From Blastocatellia bacterium (lineage in GTDB: Bacteria > Acidobacteriota > Blastocatellia > UBA7656), in assembly GCA_045807725.1 (NCBI GenBank), contig JBJMGV010000132.1, positions 7,151 through 71,150 of the forward strand: a DNA stretch of 64,000 nt, in the 5' to 3' direction. Of the stretch, positions 40,311-50,121 are shown piece by piece. Position numbers and translations under genes: made by a program. The notes beneath the pieces are model-generated. The model worked only from the letters and a program-made list of their open reading frames with translations, made no database searches and was not told the DNA's origin. Position 1 is the first letter of the stretch, and the number at the start of each line of letters is the position of its first letter.

Positions 40311-43300
40311 ATGGACGAATACAGCGTAACTCAACCCACACTGCTGACATCGCGGCTGGCGTCGTTGAAACCCTTCGGCGGTTATGAGATTGAAGGGGAA
40401 CTCGGGCGCGGCGGCATGGGGGTCGTTTATCTGGCCCGCCAGGTTGAGCTGAACCGCCGGGTCGCGCTCAAGATGCTAACCGGCCACTACGGGGCGGACG
40501 AGCTGCGTCGGTTTCAGGAAGAAGCCGAGACAGCGGCGGGGCTGCATCACACCAACATCCTGCACATCTATGAAGTGGGCGAGTTTGAAGGCGCGCCGTT
40601 CTTCTCGATGGAATACATCGAGGGCGGCACGCTGGCAGATAGTCTGCGCAAAGCGTTGCCCTCGCCGCGTCAGGCTGCACAGTTGTTGATCCACATTGCT
40701 CGCGCGCTGCACTATGCTCATCAAAACGGCATCATCCATCGGGACATGAAACCGGCCAACGTGCTGCTCGACGCCGACGGCGTGCCGAAGGTTGCCGACT
40801 TCGGCATCGCGAAACGGCTGATGGATGACAGCCACCTGACACGTTCCGGCGCAGTGATTGGGACACCGACTTACATGGCTCCCGAACAGGCGAAAGGCAA
40901 TAGCCGGCACGTCGGGCCAACGGCGGATGTCTATTCACTGGGCGCGATTCTTTACGAGATGCTCGCGGGCCGCCCGCCTTTCCTGCCGGAAGACAGTGAG
41001 ACATCCATTACATTGCGTGTCTTGAACGAGGACCCGGTTTCGCCGGCATGGCACCGGCCAGAGATTCCACGCGACCTCGAAACGATCTGCCTGAAGTGCC
41101 TTGAGAAAGAGCCGCGCAACCGTTATGTGAGCGCAGCGGCATTGGCCGAAGACCTGCGCCGCTTTCTCGATGATGAATCGATTCTCGCGAGGCCGCCGAG
41201 CACCATCGGCAGCAGCATCAAGTGGGTGCGGCGGCACCCGTGGAAGTTTGTTGCGGTGGTGATGGTGCTGTTTCTGGTCGTCGCCGGCTCGGTGCGGCTC
41301 GCGCAGTGGGAGCTTTATCAGCGCCCGCATCTGGAATATGCATCGCTGGTTGATTGGACCAATGGCAGCCTTGAGCCTATCAAGAGGATTAGTTTGGAGA
41401 GCGGCTCACAGCGCGGCGGATACTTGCGGCTGACGCGGCGTGGCCGATACGGTCCCATCATCAAAGTCGAAGCCTTGAATGCGCGCGGCTACCCCGCCGT
41501 GCTGCGTCAAATAATGGTTGATGACATGCTGCCGGTCTACATCGAGCGTTTGATGGGCGCGCAGCCCTACTCCGAATCACGCCCGGAGACCAACATCGTC
41601 GAGCTGCTGTATGACGATAAAGATAACGCGGTGGAAGCGGTCGGGCGTGACCGCAACGCTCACATCAACTGGCGTATTCTCTACGACCATCGCAGCGACT
41701 CTGGCCCTTCAGGGCGCACGGCGCGGGCGCGCTTCGTTGACGCGCGCGGCTTTGATGCCGCCAGTCGCGGGGGCGCGTCGCAAATGGAATTCGAGCGCGA
41801 CGCTGCAGGCCACGATGTGAAGATTCGCTTCTTTAACAATTTCGGCAAGCCCGCCGCCAATGGTGAAGGCGTCTACGGCTGCACCCTCGAACGTGACGGC
41901 ACGGGCCACATCACCCGCCTGATCAACCTGGGGCCTGATGACCAGCCTGCGCCGAATCGTATAGGGCTGACCGAGTTCGCCATCCGTTGGGGGATAGAGA
42001 ACAATGGACGAAAAGAGAATTGGATAGAAATACGCGACGGCAATGGGCAGCCGACCTTGTGGAAGGGAATCGCCGCCTTCGTGTTTGAACTCGATGATAA
42101 GGGCAATGCGATGCGCTCGATCAATGTCGGCGCGGATGGGCAGCCGGTGCGCGATGCGGCAGCGCCCTGGTCGGCAATCGAACTGAAGCGCAACGAGCAT
42201 GACGAACTGACCCAGCGCATCTATCTCAAGGCCGACGCCGACGGCTCGCTCAAACAGATACTACAAAACGACATCAGCTACAACGACTTCGGCCACCCGT
42301 CAGAGATGAAAACGATAGGCGCGGGCGCAGGGTGGACGGCCTGGCAGCGCGACGAGAAGGGCAACATCACAGAGGAGAAGACGCTCGATGCCAACGGCCA
42401 GCCGGTCGCCAATGATAAAGGTTATGCGATCACCCGCTTCACCTACACGTCCGTGCCGCAGGGCTTTCGTGTCGAGCAGACCTACTTCGATGCGAACGGC
42501 GCGGAGACGTTTAACAGCGACGGCTATCATCGTTTGATTAACGAATACGATGTTGCCGGGGCGTTGCGGCAGATGGTTTATGCCGAATACGACCCGGCGC
42601 GGTTCAAGTACTATCGGTTTATCAGCGAGCCGGAATATGACCCGCAAAGCCGGCTTCGTCACATGATAAACCGCTACGAAGATGCTCAGGGACAGTTGGC
42701 CGCCAACGCCGGGCTGACCTTTATTGCCAGCGACGTTACTTACGATGATAACGGCAAAGTATTCGCCGAGTGGCGAACCTTCAGCGACCCGAAAGATTAT
42801 GGCGCGTCCTTCTTGCGCCTCGATACCGAGTGGCAAGCCAACGGCAAGATGAAGCGCCGTGTGCAGCAGTTCTGCGATGCCAATCGCCAGCCGCTATCTA
42901 CGCTTCCCAGTGGCTACGGCGCGCACAAAGAAGAAGAGTTCGATGCGAACGAACAGCGGCAGCGCGTCTATGAAACCGGGTTCGACGAGAACATGGTTGG
43001 GTTCAGCACGCGTGAAGCAAAGTTTTCCGGCGGCAATCTGCAAAGCGTCACGCACACGCGCAGCAATGGAACTGTTCTCAACTCTGTGCGCGTCATCATC
43101 ACCAGCATCACGCCGTCGCCGGAGCAACCGAAATCGGCGGCGCTGAAGCCCGGCGATCAACTGGTCGCCGCCAACGGCAAGCCGGTGACAAGCGCGCAGG
43201 CATGGGTCGCCGCAGGGAACTTCCCCGGCGGCTGGCTGGAAGTCTTGCGTGAAGGCCAGCGCCTTCGCATTGATGGTTTTGGCCCCGGCGATCTAGGGTT

Positions 43301-43334
43301 TCTACTACAAGACCGCGCCCCGGCAGCGCCCTAG
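40311..43334 (+). CDS. Ser/Thr protein kinase with large extracytoplasmic repeat region and C-terminal PDZ-like domain
   Basis: Kinase motifs (GRGGMGVVYLA, HRDMKPANVL, DFGIAK), a TM helix (VAVVMVLFLVVAGSV), ~650-aa region of degenerate DANGQP/DxNGxP beta-repeats, PDZ-like terminal segment (LKPGDQLVAANGKPV). Confidence 0.85.
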   Translation: MDEYSVTQPTLLTSRLASLKPFGGYEIEGELGRGGMGVVYLARQVELNRRVALKMLTGHYGADELRRFQEEAETAAGLHHTNILHIYEVGEFEGAPFFSMEYIEGGTLADSLRKALPSPRQAAQLLIHIARALHYAHQNGIIHRDMKPANVLLDADGVPKVADFGIAKRLMDDSHLTRSGAVIGTPTYMAPEQAKGNSRHVGPTADVYSLGAILYEMLAGRPPFLPEDSETSITLRVLNEDPVSPAWHRPEIPRDLETICLKCLEKEPRNRYVSAAALAEDLRRFLDDESILARPPSTIGSSIKWVRRHPWKFVAVVMVLFLVVAGSVRLAQWELYQRPHLEYASLVDWTNGSLEPIKRISLESGSQRGGYLRLTRRGRYGPIIKVEALNARGYPAVLRQIMVDDMLPVYIERLMGAQPYSESRPETNIVELLYDDKDNAVEAVGRDRNAHINWRILYDHRSDSGPSGRTARARFVDARGFDAASRGGASQMEFERDAAGHDVKIRFFNNFGKPAANGEGVYGCTLERDGTGHITRLINLGPDDQPAPNRIGLTEFAIRWGIENNGRKENWIEIRDGNGQPTLWKGIAAFVFELDDKGNAMRSINVGADGQPVRDAAAPWSAIELKRNEHDELTQRIYLKADADGSLKQILQNDISYNDFGHPSEMKTIGAGAGWTAWQRDEKGNITEEKTLDANGQPVANDKGYAITRFTYTSVPQGFRVEQTYFDANGAETFNSDGYHRLINEYDVAGALRQMVYAEYDPARFKYYRFISEPEYDPQSRLRHMINRYEDAQGQLAANAGLTFIASDVTYDDNGKVFAEWRTFSDPKDYGASFLRLDTEWQANGKMKRRVQQFCDANRQPLSTLPSGYGAHKEEEFDANEQRQRVYETGFDENMVGFSTREAKFSGGNLQSVTHTRSNGTVLNSVRVIITSITPSPEQPKSAALKPGDQLVAANGKPVTSAQAWVAAGNFPGGWLEVLREGQRLRIDGFGPGDLGFLLQDRAPAAP

Positions 43335-43420
43335 TTGTGCGCCAAACTGCCGACGCCTGGAAATCAGTACGGCTTAACGACCCGCATGCCTTTGAGCATC
43401 CTGCGGGCCAGGAGGAATCT

Positions 43421-44056
43421 ATGTCTGACTTATTAGTTAAATCGCCGGGAAGGCAGGCTTCGGCTAAAGACGAGATCGGCCTGCTCGAAGTCCTGAGCCT
43501 GTTAGTCGAAACCGGGAAGGTCAAGACCACTGCCGACCTGCTCAAGTACGCGACGCAGTATGGCGCTCCTGAAGCCGAAGAGCGACTGCGCGTTCTTGAA
43601 GCAGAGAACATTCCCCTGGACCTCTCGTTCGATGCGATCAGCGTGCACCTGCGCCTGCTCGCCTATAAACGGAACAGTCAACTGCTGGCGAGCTGTCGCG
43701 GTCAAAAGGTAGGACTCATTCTTCCCCTGCCACCGCACCTGCCGACCTTGTTTCTTCCTGTCACCGAAGCGACCTATCTGGAGCCGGGCCAGATGCCTGC
43801 GCACGGCGCGCTACACGAGTTTTCGGAACAGGCGGTGAAAGGTACGCGCGCTTGCCGCGCGAAAGCGCAGGAGATGCAGGTGCTCGTCTTTGAAGCCTTC
43901 CGCGACGGCGGCGAGCTGTTCGCAGAGATGGCGGTAGCCGACGTGCTGGAGCCGAAGATGCTGCCGGGTGACATCCGCCTGATCGCTCATCTGCGGCCAC
44001 ACCGCAATCCCGGCGATGTTCAGATTCAACCGACAACGGAGGTTTCGTTCATATGA
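43421..44056 (+). CDS. Hypothetical protein
   Basis: ORF with a GGAGGA RBS 7 bp upstream of ATG 43421 (the ORF track starts at TTG 43337); no recognisable domain. Confidence 0.5.
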   Translation: MSDLLVKSPGRQASAKDEIGLLEVLSLLVETGKVKTTADLLKYATQYGAPEAEERLRVLEAENIPLDLSFDAISVHLRLLAYKRNSQLLASCRGQKVGLILPLPPHLPTLFLPVTEATYLEPGQMPAHGALHEFSEQAVKGTRACRAKAQEMQVLVFEAFRDGGELFAEMAVADVLEPKMLPGDIRLIAHLRPHRNPGDVQIQPTTEVSFI

Positions 44057-45510
44057 GACTCCCTCTGCGCTTTGCTGCCTCACTCGGCGTGATGGCCCTG
44101 CTGGTTATTTTCTGCGCACCCGCATACGCCTCAGACGTGATGCCGCAGGCTATTCCTCCGCCAATCATTGATTCATGGGAGATGACCTGGCCGGCTGGTG
44201 TGCTGATGCTCGTGCTGTTGTTCAGCGCCTTCTTCGCTATGACGAAGTACGAGGTTCCGCTGCCCCTGGCGATGAGTCTCGTCAGCCTGGCGTTCCTGGT
44301 CATCCAGTGGGAAAGCGCGCCGCACATCCTTCGCATAGGCTTCGAGCATTACGCGCCCATCACGGTGTTGTTCACTGCCGTCGCCGTCCCCGCGCACATG
44401 ATTGAGCGCTCGCAAGGGTTCAAGTGGATCGCGGCATGGCTCGGCCACCAGTTGGGCAAAATCCGCCTGCGCCGCCCGCGCCTGACGACGCCGCTGCTGG
44501 TCGGCATCCTGCTCATTGCCACGTATGTCACGGCAGGGCTGATGCACAACGTCACTTCGATTCTGATTATGACGCCGGTCATCATTCGGCTGTGCGCGTC
44601 TTATCAGGTGCCGTCGCGCTGGATACTCAGCGCCGCGCTGATTGCCAGCAACCTTGGCGGCTTCTCGACGCGCTGGGGCGACACGCCCAACATCATCGAG
44701 TCGGCGACGTGGGGCTTGGGCGCGGGCGACTTCATGCGTGAAGTCCTGCCCGCGAATCTGATCGTGCTGGCGATGTTGATCGGCGTCTCTACGCTCCTCA
44801 CCCAGCGCGGAATCACGAAACGGAGCCGAGCGGCTGGCGCGGGCGCGTCTGAGGTGCCGTTCTACACGTTGGGAGTCGCGCAGACCGCCGCCGATTGGAA
44901 GCAGGCGAAAGCCGACCTCGCCATTGATTACCGATTGCTCACGGTCGGCCTCGTGATGCTGCTGTTGTTCATCGTGCTGCATGTCATCTTCACCAAGCTT
45001 GCCATCGCCATCGGTGCGATCACGATTGTCACTGCGGTCCTGCTCGACCGAAAAAAGGAGCGTTATCACACGCTCACTGCGCTCGGCTTCGATGTCTATC
45101 TTGCCTTCGCCGCCATCTTCGTTCTCGCCGGCTGCGTCTCGCATTCGTGGATCGGCAAGACGCTTCACGAGCAACTGATGGCCGTGAAAGGCGCGCCGTG
45201 GGGCATCGCCGTGACCGGCTATTTTGGCACGACCTTTACCGAAGCCGCTTCGTGGGCGACCGCCGTGTCCGGTTCTATTTTTCAACTCGCCCCTTCGCAT
45301 GCGGCGGCCTGGGCGCTCGGCGGTGGAATCTGCGCCGGCAGCAGTTCGCTGGTCACTGCCGCGTCTGCCGGCATCATTCTGGCCGAAGAGAGCCAGCGCT
45401 TTAACGACCCCGAACACGCCATCACCTTCAGCCGCTACCTTGCGTTCGGTCTGCCGTTCTCGCTGCTGATGCTCGTTTTCTACAGCCTCTACTTCACGCT
45501 CGTGCATTAG
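44053..45510 (+). CDS. Polytopic membrane transporter (ArsB/NhaD/CitMHS-superfamily-like permease)
   Basis: At least 10 predicted TM helices with an internal repeat organisation. Family assignment is by general resemblance only. Confidence 0.6.
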   Translation: MRLPLRFAASLGVMALLVIFCAPAYASDVMPQAIPPPIIDSWEMTWPAGVLMLVLLFSAFFAMTKYEVPLPLAMSLVSLAFLVIQWESAPHILRIGFEHYAPITVLFTAVAVPAHMIERSQGFKWIAAWLGHQLGKIRLRRPRLTTPLLVGILLIATYVTAGLMHNVTSILIMTPVIIRLCASYQVPSRWILSAALIASNLGGFSTRWGDTPNIIESATWGLGAGDFMREVLPANLIVLAMLIGVSTLLTQRGITKRSRAAGAGASEVPFYTLGVAQTAADWKQAKADLAIDYRLLTVGLVMLLLFIVLHVIFTKLAIAIGAITIVTAVLLDRKKERYHTLTALGFDVYLAFAAIFVLAGCVSHSWIGKTLHEQLMAVKGAPWGIAVTGYFGTTFTEAASWATAVSGSIFQLAPSHAAAWALGGGICAGSSSLVTAASAGIILAEESQRFNDPEHAITFSRYLAFGLPFSLLMLVFYSLYFTLVH

Positions 45511-45520
45511 CCGGTTAGCC

Positions 45521-47341
45521 ATGACGAAACAACCTCGCAAAGCCAAAGCCTCACCACTGCTCGGCGACCTCGCGGTCGTCTGGGCGCGGCGCAAACAGAT
45601 ATGGCGGCTTCTTGGTCGCGCCGACAAGCTCAGCTTTCTATCGAGCCTGCTCATCATGGCGACCATCGCCTTCGTTGAAAATCAAATCCCATTGCTGCTC
45701 GGAACGTTCTTCGACGACGTGACGAACATCGCGGCGCGGCCACAGGAGATGCGGTCGTTCGTGTTCCGTGCGCTGTTGATTCTCACGGCCCTCTACCTCG
45801 GCAAAGAGTCCTTGCAACTCATAAGGCGCTGGCTTGTCACTCGCACCAACACGCGCATCGAATCCGGCATGACCGTACGGCTCGTCGCTCACCTGCTCAA
45901 GATTGATCTCGGCGCGCTCGCTCGTGAGCGCGTCGGGTCATTACACGGACGCATCTCGCGCAGCGTCGAAGGCTTCGGCAAATTCCTGCGCGTTGTCTTA
46001 ACTGATTTTCTGCCGGCGATTCTGACTGCCGGAGTCGCCATCTATTACGGCCTCAAGACGAACTGGAAGATTGGCCTCGTTATGGTCAGCGTGGTGCCGG
46101 TTTCGTTGATCATTACGATCTGGCAGGTCAGTTCGCAGAAGGGCATTCGCCAGAAACTCCTGCGCGCCAAAGAAGGATTGGACGGCACAGTGGTCGAGCA
46201 ACTGGGCGGACTCGAATACATCCGCGCGGCCAACACCTATCCAGCGGAAGTGGCGCGCATCAAGACGGCTGCCGAAGCGCGCCGAGAGCGTGAGACTAAA
46301 CACGGCTTCGCGATGGCGCGATTTGATTGGGCCAAATCCGTCAACGAGGGACTTTTTCACGTCGCCATCATCGGCTACGCCATCGTGCTCGCTTCACGCG
46401 GCGAGATCGACTACGGCAAGGTGATTACCTTCTCGCTTCTCTATCTCAACATCGCGCGCCCGCTGAAAGAAGTCCACCGCATACTCGACGAAACTTACGA
46501 CAGCAGCCAGCAGGTCAGCGTGCTGCTCGACATGCTGAATCAGCCGTTGGATAAATCCTTCGATGTGGTCACTGTCCGACCGCCGCGTCTCGATGGCAGC
46601 ATTCCGTTGCTGGAATGCCGAGAGCTGGTTGCCGCTTACACGGCGCACGACGGCCAGTCGCGGCGCATACTCGACGGGCTGACGCTGAAGATTCATCAGG
46701 GGCAGACCATCGGCATTGCGGGGCGCTCTGGCTCAGGCAAATCCACATGGCTGCGCTGCGTGCTGCGCTTGATTCATCCGGCGGCGGGCGAAGTCCTGGT
46801 TGGCGGCGTGCCCATCAACGTTCTCTCCCGCGAAGACATCGGCAAATCCATCGGCTATGTCAGCCAGGTGCCCTTTGTCTTTTCGGGATCGGTCGCGGAA
46901 AACATCGGCTATGGCTGCGGCGCTGTCAGCTTGGATCACATTCAAGAGGCCGCCCGACGCGCCCACATCCACGAAGAGATTCTGCAAATGCCGCAAGGCT
47001 ATGACACGCAGCTCACAGAGCGCGGCGGCAATCTCTCCGGCGGCCAGCGCCAGCGCATCGCCCTGGCGCGGATGTTTCTGAAGAATCCGCCCGTCCTCAT
47101 CCTTGACGAAGGAACGTCGGCGCTCGACAACATCAGCGAGCGCCGCGTCCGCGCCGCCATTGATCACGCGCGGCAGACGCACACCGTCATCATGGTCGCC
47201 CATCGCTTGACCACGCTGAATCAGACCGACTGTATTTTCGTCTTCGACCAGGGGCGCATTGTTGAACAAGGCGCTTTTGACGATCTTGTCGCAAGCCGTG
47301 GCGTCTTCGCCGAACTCGTGCGCAGCGCCGAAGCCACTTAG
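45521..47341 (+). CDS. ABC transporter, fused permease/ATP-binding exporter (type I exporter fold)
   Basis: Six N-terminal TM helices; Walker A GRSGSGKST, ABC signature LSGGQRQRIALAR, Walker B ILILDEGTSALD. Confidence 0.9.
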   Translation: MTKQPRKAKASPLLGDLAVVWARRKQIWRLLGRADKLSFLSSLLIMATIAFVENQIPLLLGTFFDDVTNIAARPQEMRSFVFRALLILTALYLGKESLQLIRRWLVTRTNTRIESGMTVRLVAHLLKIDLGALARERVGSLHGRISRSVEGFGKFLRVVLTDFLPAILTAGVAIYYGLKTNWKIGLVMVSVVPVSLIITIWQVSSQKGIRQKLLRAKEGLDGTVVEQLGGLEYIRAANTYPAEVARIKTAAEARRERETKHGFAMARFDWAKSVNEGLFHVAIIGYAIVLASRGEIDYGKVITFSLLYLNIARPLKEVHRILDETYDSSQQVSVLLDMLNQPLDKSFDVVTVRPPRLDGSIPLLECRELVAAYTAHDGQSRRILDGLTLKIHQGQTIGIAGRSGSGKSTWLRCVLRLIHPAAGEVLVGGVPINVLSREDIGKSIGYVSQVPFVFSGSVAENIGYGCGAVSLDHIQEAARRAHIHEEILQMPQGYDTQLTERGGNLSGGQRQRIALARMFLKNPPVLILDEGTSALDNISERRVRAAIDHARQTHTVIMVAHRLTTLNQTDCIFVFDQGRIVEQGAFDDLVASRGVFAELVRSAEAT

Positions 47342-47356
47342 AGAGGAAGCCGGATA

Positions 47357-48415
47357 ATGATGAGCACAAAACCAGTCGTCTTCGTATGGCCGGGTGATCT
47401 CCACCTGGAGTTTACCGACCGGCCAAATTACCAGACCGCATTGTGGATGGTGGATGAAGTGAATGAGCTGGTCCAACCGGACTTCGTTCAGTTCGCCGGA
47501 GACAATGTGCAGCACGCCCGCGAGAACGAATGGAGCCTCTTCAAGAACGTGACCGACAAATTGAAGATGCCCTTTCACGCGCTGGTCGGCGACCACGACG
47601 CGCACCATGATCCCGGCTGTTATTCGTACCAGTCGCATGTCGGCGCGACCTACCACGCCTTCACCGTCGGCGGCTATCGCTTCATCTGTTTGAACACGAA
47701 TCAGTATAAGCCGCTCGGTATGAGCGAGGAGCAGGTCATCTGGTTTCGTTACGAAGTAGACGCGGCCCTCGCGCGCAACGAGCGCGCCATTGTCTTCCAG
47801 CACAACTATCCTTTTCAGGTCTGGGAAGACTTCGCCGGGCCGGGCATGGAGGCGTGGCGCGAGGTGATGCAGACGCGCCCGATTACGGCGCTCTTTTCCG
47901 GTCATACGCACTACGATCAGGTGGCAAATGATGGCCGCAATGTTTATGTGGCGACGCGATCTATTGGCGACCCCGAAGGCGGTGCCGCCGGCTACGCCAT
48001 CATTCATCTCGATGGCGACGATCTGGCTATGACCTATCGCACCATTGAAGACAGCGGGCCTGTCGTGCTAATTACACATCCGCGACGCATCATCCTTGCA
48101 ACCAGGGCCGCGCATATTGTCACGGGGCCGACAGATTGCCAGGTGCGTGGATGGTCTGCTGTGCCCATCACTTCGGCGCGTGCGCGCATTGATGAAGGCG
48201 CTTGGAGCGAGATGCGCAAGATCGGCGGGATGACGTGGAATTTTCCTATCCCCGGTGACACGCTGGCCAAAGGCGAGCACACATTGGAAGTCCGCCTGAC
48301 CGATCAGAACGAAGCCGAAGGAACAGATCGCATCACGTTCGCCTGCGACCTGTCTGGCCGCTATAACCCTTATCCGATGGTCGAGCCTGTGGTGAAGGGA
48401 ACGAAGTTCTGCTGA
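47357..48415 (+). CDS. Calcineurin-like metallophosphoesterase
   Basis: GDLH, GDNV, GDHD, GHTH metal-binding motifs in canonical order. Confidence 0.85.
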   Translation: MMSTKPVVFVWPGDLHLEFTDRPNYQTALWMVDEVNELVQPDFVQFAGDNVQHARENEWSLFKNVTDKLKMPFHALVGDHDAHHDPGCYSYQSHVGATYHAFTVGGYRFICLNTNQYKPLGMSEEQVIWFRYEVDAALARNERAIVFQHNYPFQVWEDFAGPGMEAWREVMQTRPITALFSGHTHYDQVANDGRNVYVATRSIGDPEGGAAGYAIIHLDGDDLAMTYRTIEDSGPVVLITHPRRIILATRAAHIVTGPTDCQVRGWSAVPITSARARIDEGAWSEMRKIGGMTWNFPIPGDTLAKGEHTLEVRLTDQNEAEGTDRITFACDLSGRYNPYPMVEPVVKGTKFC

Positions 48416-48467
48416 ACGAAAGCCTTGCCGTTTGCATAGCAGCGGGCCGAAATCGGGCGGCGCTTGC

Positions 48468-48568
48468 TCTAAATCGAAGCACATGAGATGGGGATAGGGA
48501 AGATTGGCCACAGAGGCACAGAGACACCGAGCGGGAATAAAACATGTTGAGAAGATCAGGACTTCTTC
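48468..48568. repeat. ~100-bp dispersed repeat, copy A; reverse-complement homolog at 57498..57595
   Basis: About 93% identity by eye to the inverted 57.5 kb copy (ttggccacagaggcacagagacaccgagcgggaataaaacatgttgagaagatcaggacttc). Confidence 0.7.
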
Positions 48569-48704
48569 AATTCCGCCCTCTATGGTGATCAAGCCGAACG
48601 ATTCCGGGTCCTGCATCAGGCTTCAATCTATAACGCGAGAACGGTTGGCGAATCGGCTCATCCTTCAGTGATGATGAATGACTATGACCTTCCATTCGTC
48701 CGCG

Positions 48705-50000
48705 TCACTGCGCACGATGAGACCTCCATGAATCGCGGAGCGCATTCCACATCCGACCGGCCAGCGGGTTCCGAGATCGAGAGAAACGCCCGCTGGCAAA
48801 TCGGTCGCGAGCTTGAATGTCTGCCGGCAGTTCGAGCAGAAGACGATAAGCCGTCACATCGTCGGTCGAGAAGGCGTGGACACAGCCCCACAGATACAGA
48901 TGGAAGCGGCGGTATAATCGCTCGCCCCAACGGGCGACGATTTCGTCGCGGTGACGGTCCAGGTTCTCGGCCCAGTGCCTGGTCGTGAGCAAGTAATTGT
49001 GGCGGTCATTACGCACCTCAATCAACTCGAAGGGCGTCTTCACAACCGCGTCAAGGTAATCCGTCAGTTGTAGCGGCGTCGTGTTCCCCGGCCAGATGTG
49101 TGAGAGCACAAATGAGGAGAAGGCGTACTTTTGCCGCGCGGCGCATGCGTCAAGAAATACGCGCCCGCCCGGCTTCAATAATTTCTCATACTGCGCCAGG
49201 GTGGCGGCATAGTCCGGCAGATGCTCGGTGACGCCGAGATTCACAATCGCGTCAAAGCGCTCCTCGGATGCGTATTCGAGGAAGTGCTCGCGGACGACCT
49301 GGCACGGCAGATTCTCGTGAGCGATCAGATCGTTGACGTAACGCTCCGACTCGGCTGAGATCGTCAGCGAGGTCACGCGCACGCCGCGCTTGCCGGCGTA
49401 CTCCGTAAACGCGCCCCAGCCCGCGCCGATGTCGAGGACGCGCCAGCCGGGCCGTATGCCGCAAGCGGCGATGGCCGTGTCCAGTTTGCGCCGGATGGCG
49501 CTGTGCAGCGGCTCCGCGTCATCCTCGAAATAGCCGTGCGAATAGCAGCGGTGTTGTTGATCGAGAAAGAGCAAATAGAAATCCGACTCGCTGTCGTAAT
49601 GCTCACTGATCCACTGCTTGTCGCGCTCCACCTGGCCGAAGAGCAAGCGTTGCCCATAAGTTGACCAGAGGTAAAGCAGCGGGTGGCGGTCGGTGAGCCG
49701 TGTGCGAAGATCCAGCGCCGCCACCAGATCGCCTTCGATGCCGATGTCGCTATCCAGGTAGGCTTCGCCGATTCGCTTCTCGTCCATAGAAGTGATGGCT
49801 GCTAAGCCGCGCTGGTTATGGATGGCGACTCGGAATTTGACCGCCCCATTGCCGATGCGGCGCAACGCTCCATCAAGTTCCAGCTCGAATGCCGTGTCGG
49901 GCAGCAGGCTAGAGGCCAGGGAATCTATGATCTGTTTCAATCGTGCGGGCGGCTCAACTCTCTCGACACTCGCCGTTACAGGTAGCTTGATACTTTGCAC
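48705..50000 (-). CDS. Cyclopropane-fatty-acyl-phospholipid synthase-family SAM-dependent methyltransferase
   Basis: CMAS-family layout: RVLDIGAGWGAFTEYAG SAM motif, GVRVTSLTIS, C-terminal lipid-binding region. Confidence 0.85.
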   Translation of the reverse strand: MQSIKLPVTASVERVEPPARLKQIIDSLASSLLPDTAFELELDGALRRIGNGAVKFRVAIHNQRGLAAITSMDEKRIGEAYLDSDIGIEGDLVAALDLRTRLTDRHPLLYLWSTYGQRLLFGQVERDKQWISEHYDSESDFYLLFLDQQHRCYSHGYFEDDAEPLHSAIRRKLDTAIAACGIRPGWRVLDIGAGWGAFTEYAGKRGVRVTSLTISAESERYVNDLIAHENLPCQVVREHFLEYASEERFDAIVNLGVTEHLPDYAATLAQYEKLLKPGGRVFLDACAARQKYAFSSFVLSHIWPGNTTPLQLTDYLDAVVKTPFELIEVRNDRHNYLLTTRHWAENLDRHRDEIVARWGERLYRRFHLYLWGCVHAFSTDDVTAYRLLLELPADIQARDRFASGRFSRSRNPLAGRMWNALRDSWRSHRAQ

Positions 50001-50121
50001 TTTAATAATCTCCTTCTCTGTATGTCGTGCGCGGCGCAGGGTCGCTCCAGCAGACCGGCTCTGGCCAGCGGATCACTTTAACTATTCGTTCCTGAGAATT
50101 GCTCCTACTGATTGACGGCAG

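Noticed and set aside
44173-45666. 497-aa minus ORF antisense to the membrane transporter
   Set aside because: Arg/Asp/Gln-rich low-complexity product; the transporter's hydrophobic TM pattern on the + strand is far more convincing.
46733-48007. 424-aa minus ORF antisense to the ABC exporter and metallophosphoesterase
   Set aside because: Walker and signature motifs are on the + strand; antisense artefact.
48068-48616. 182-aa minus ORF and the 57258..57680 + ORF sharing the peptide EVLIFSTC.IPARCLCASVANLP
   Set aside because: The shared peptide is a by-product of translating the two copies of the ~100-bp DNA repeat. Neither ORF has a plausible start or RBS context or domain content.
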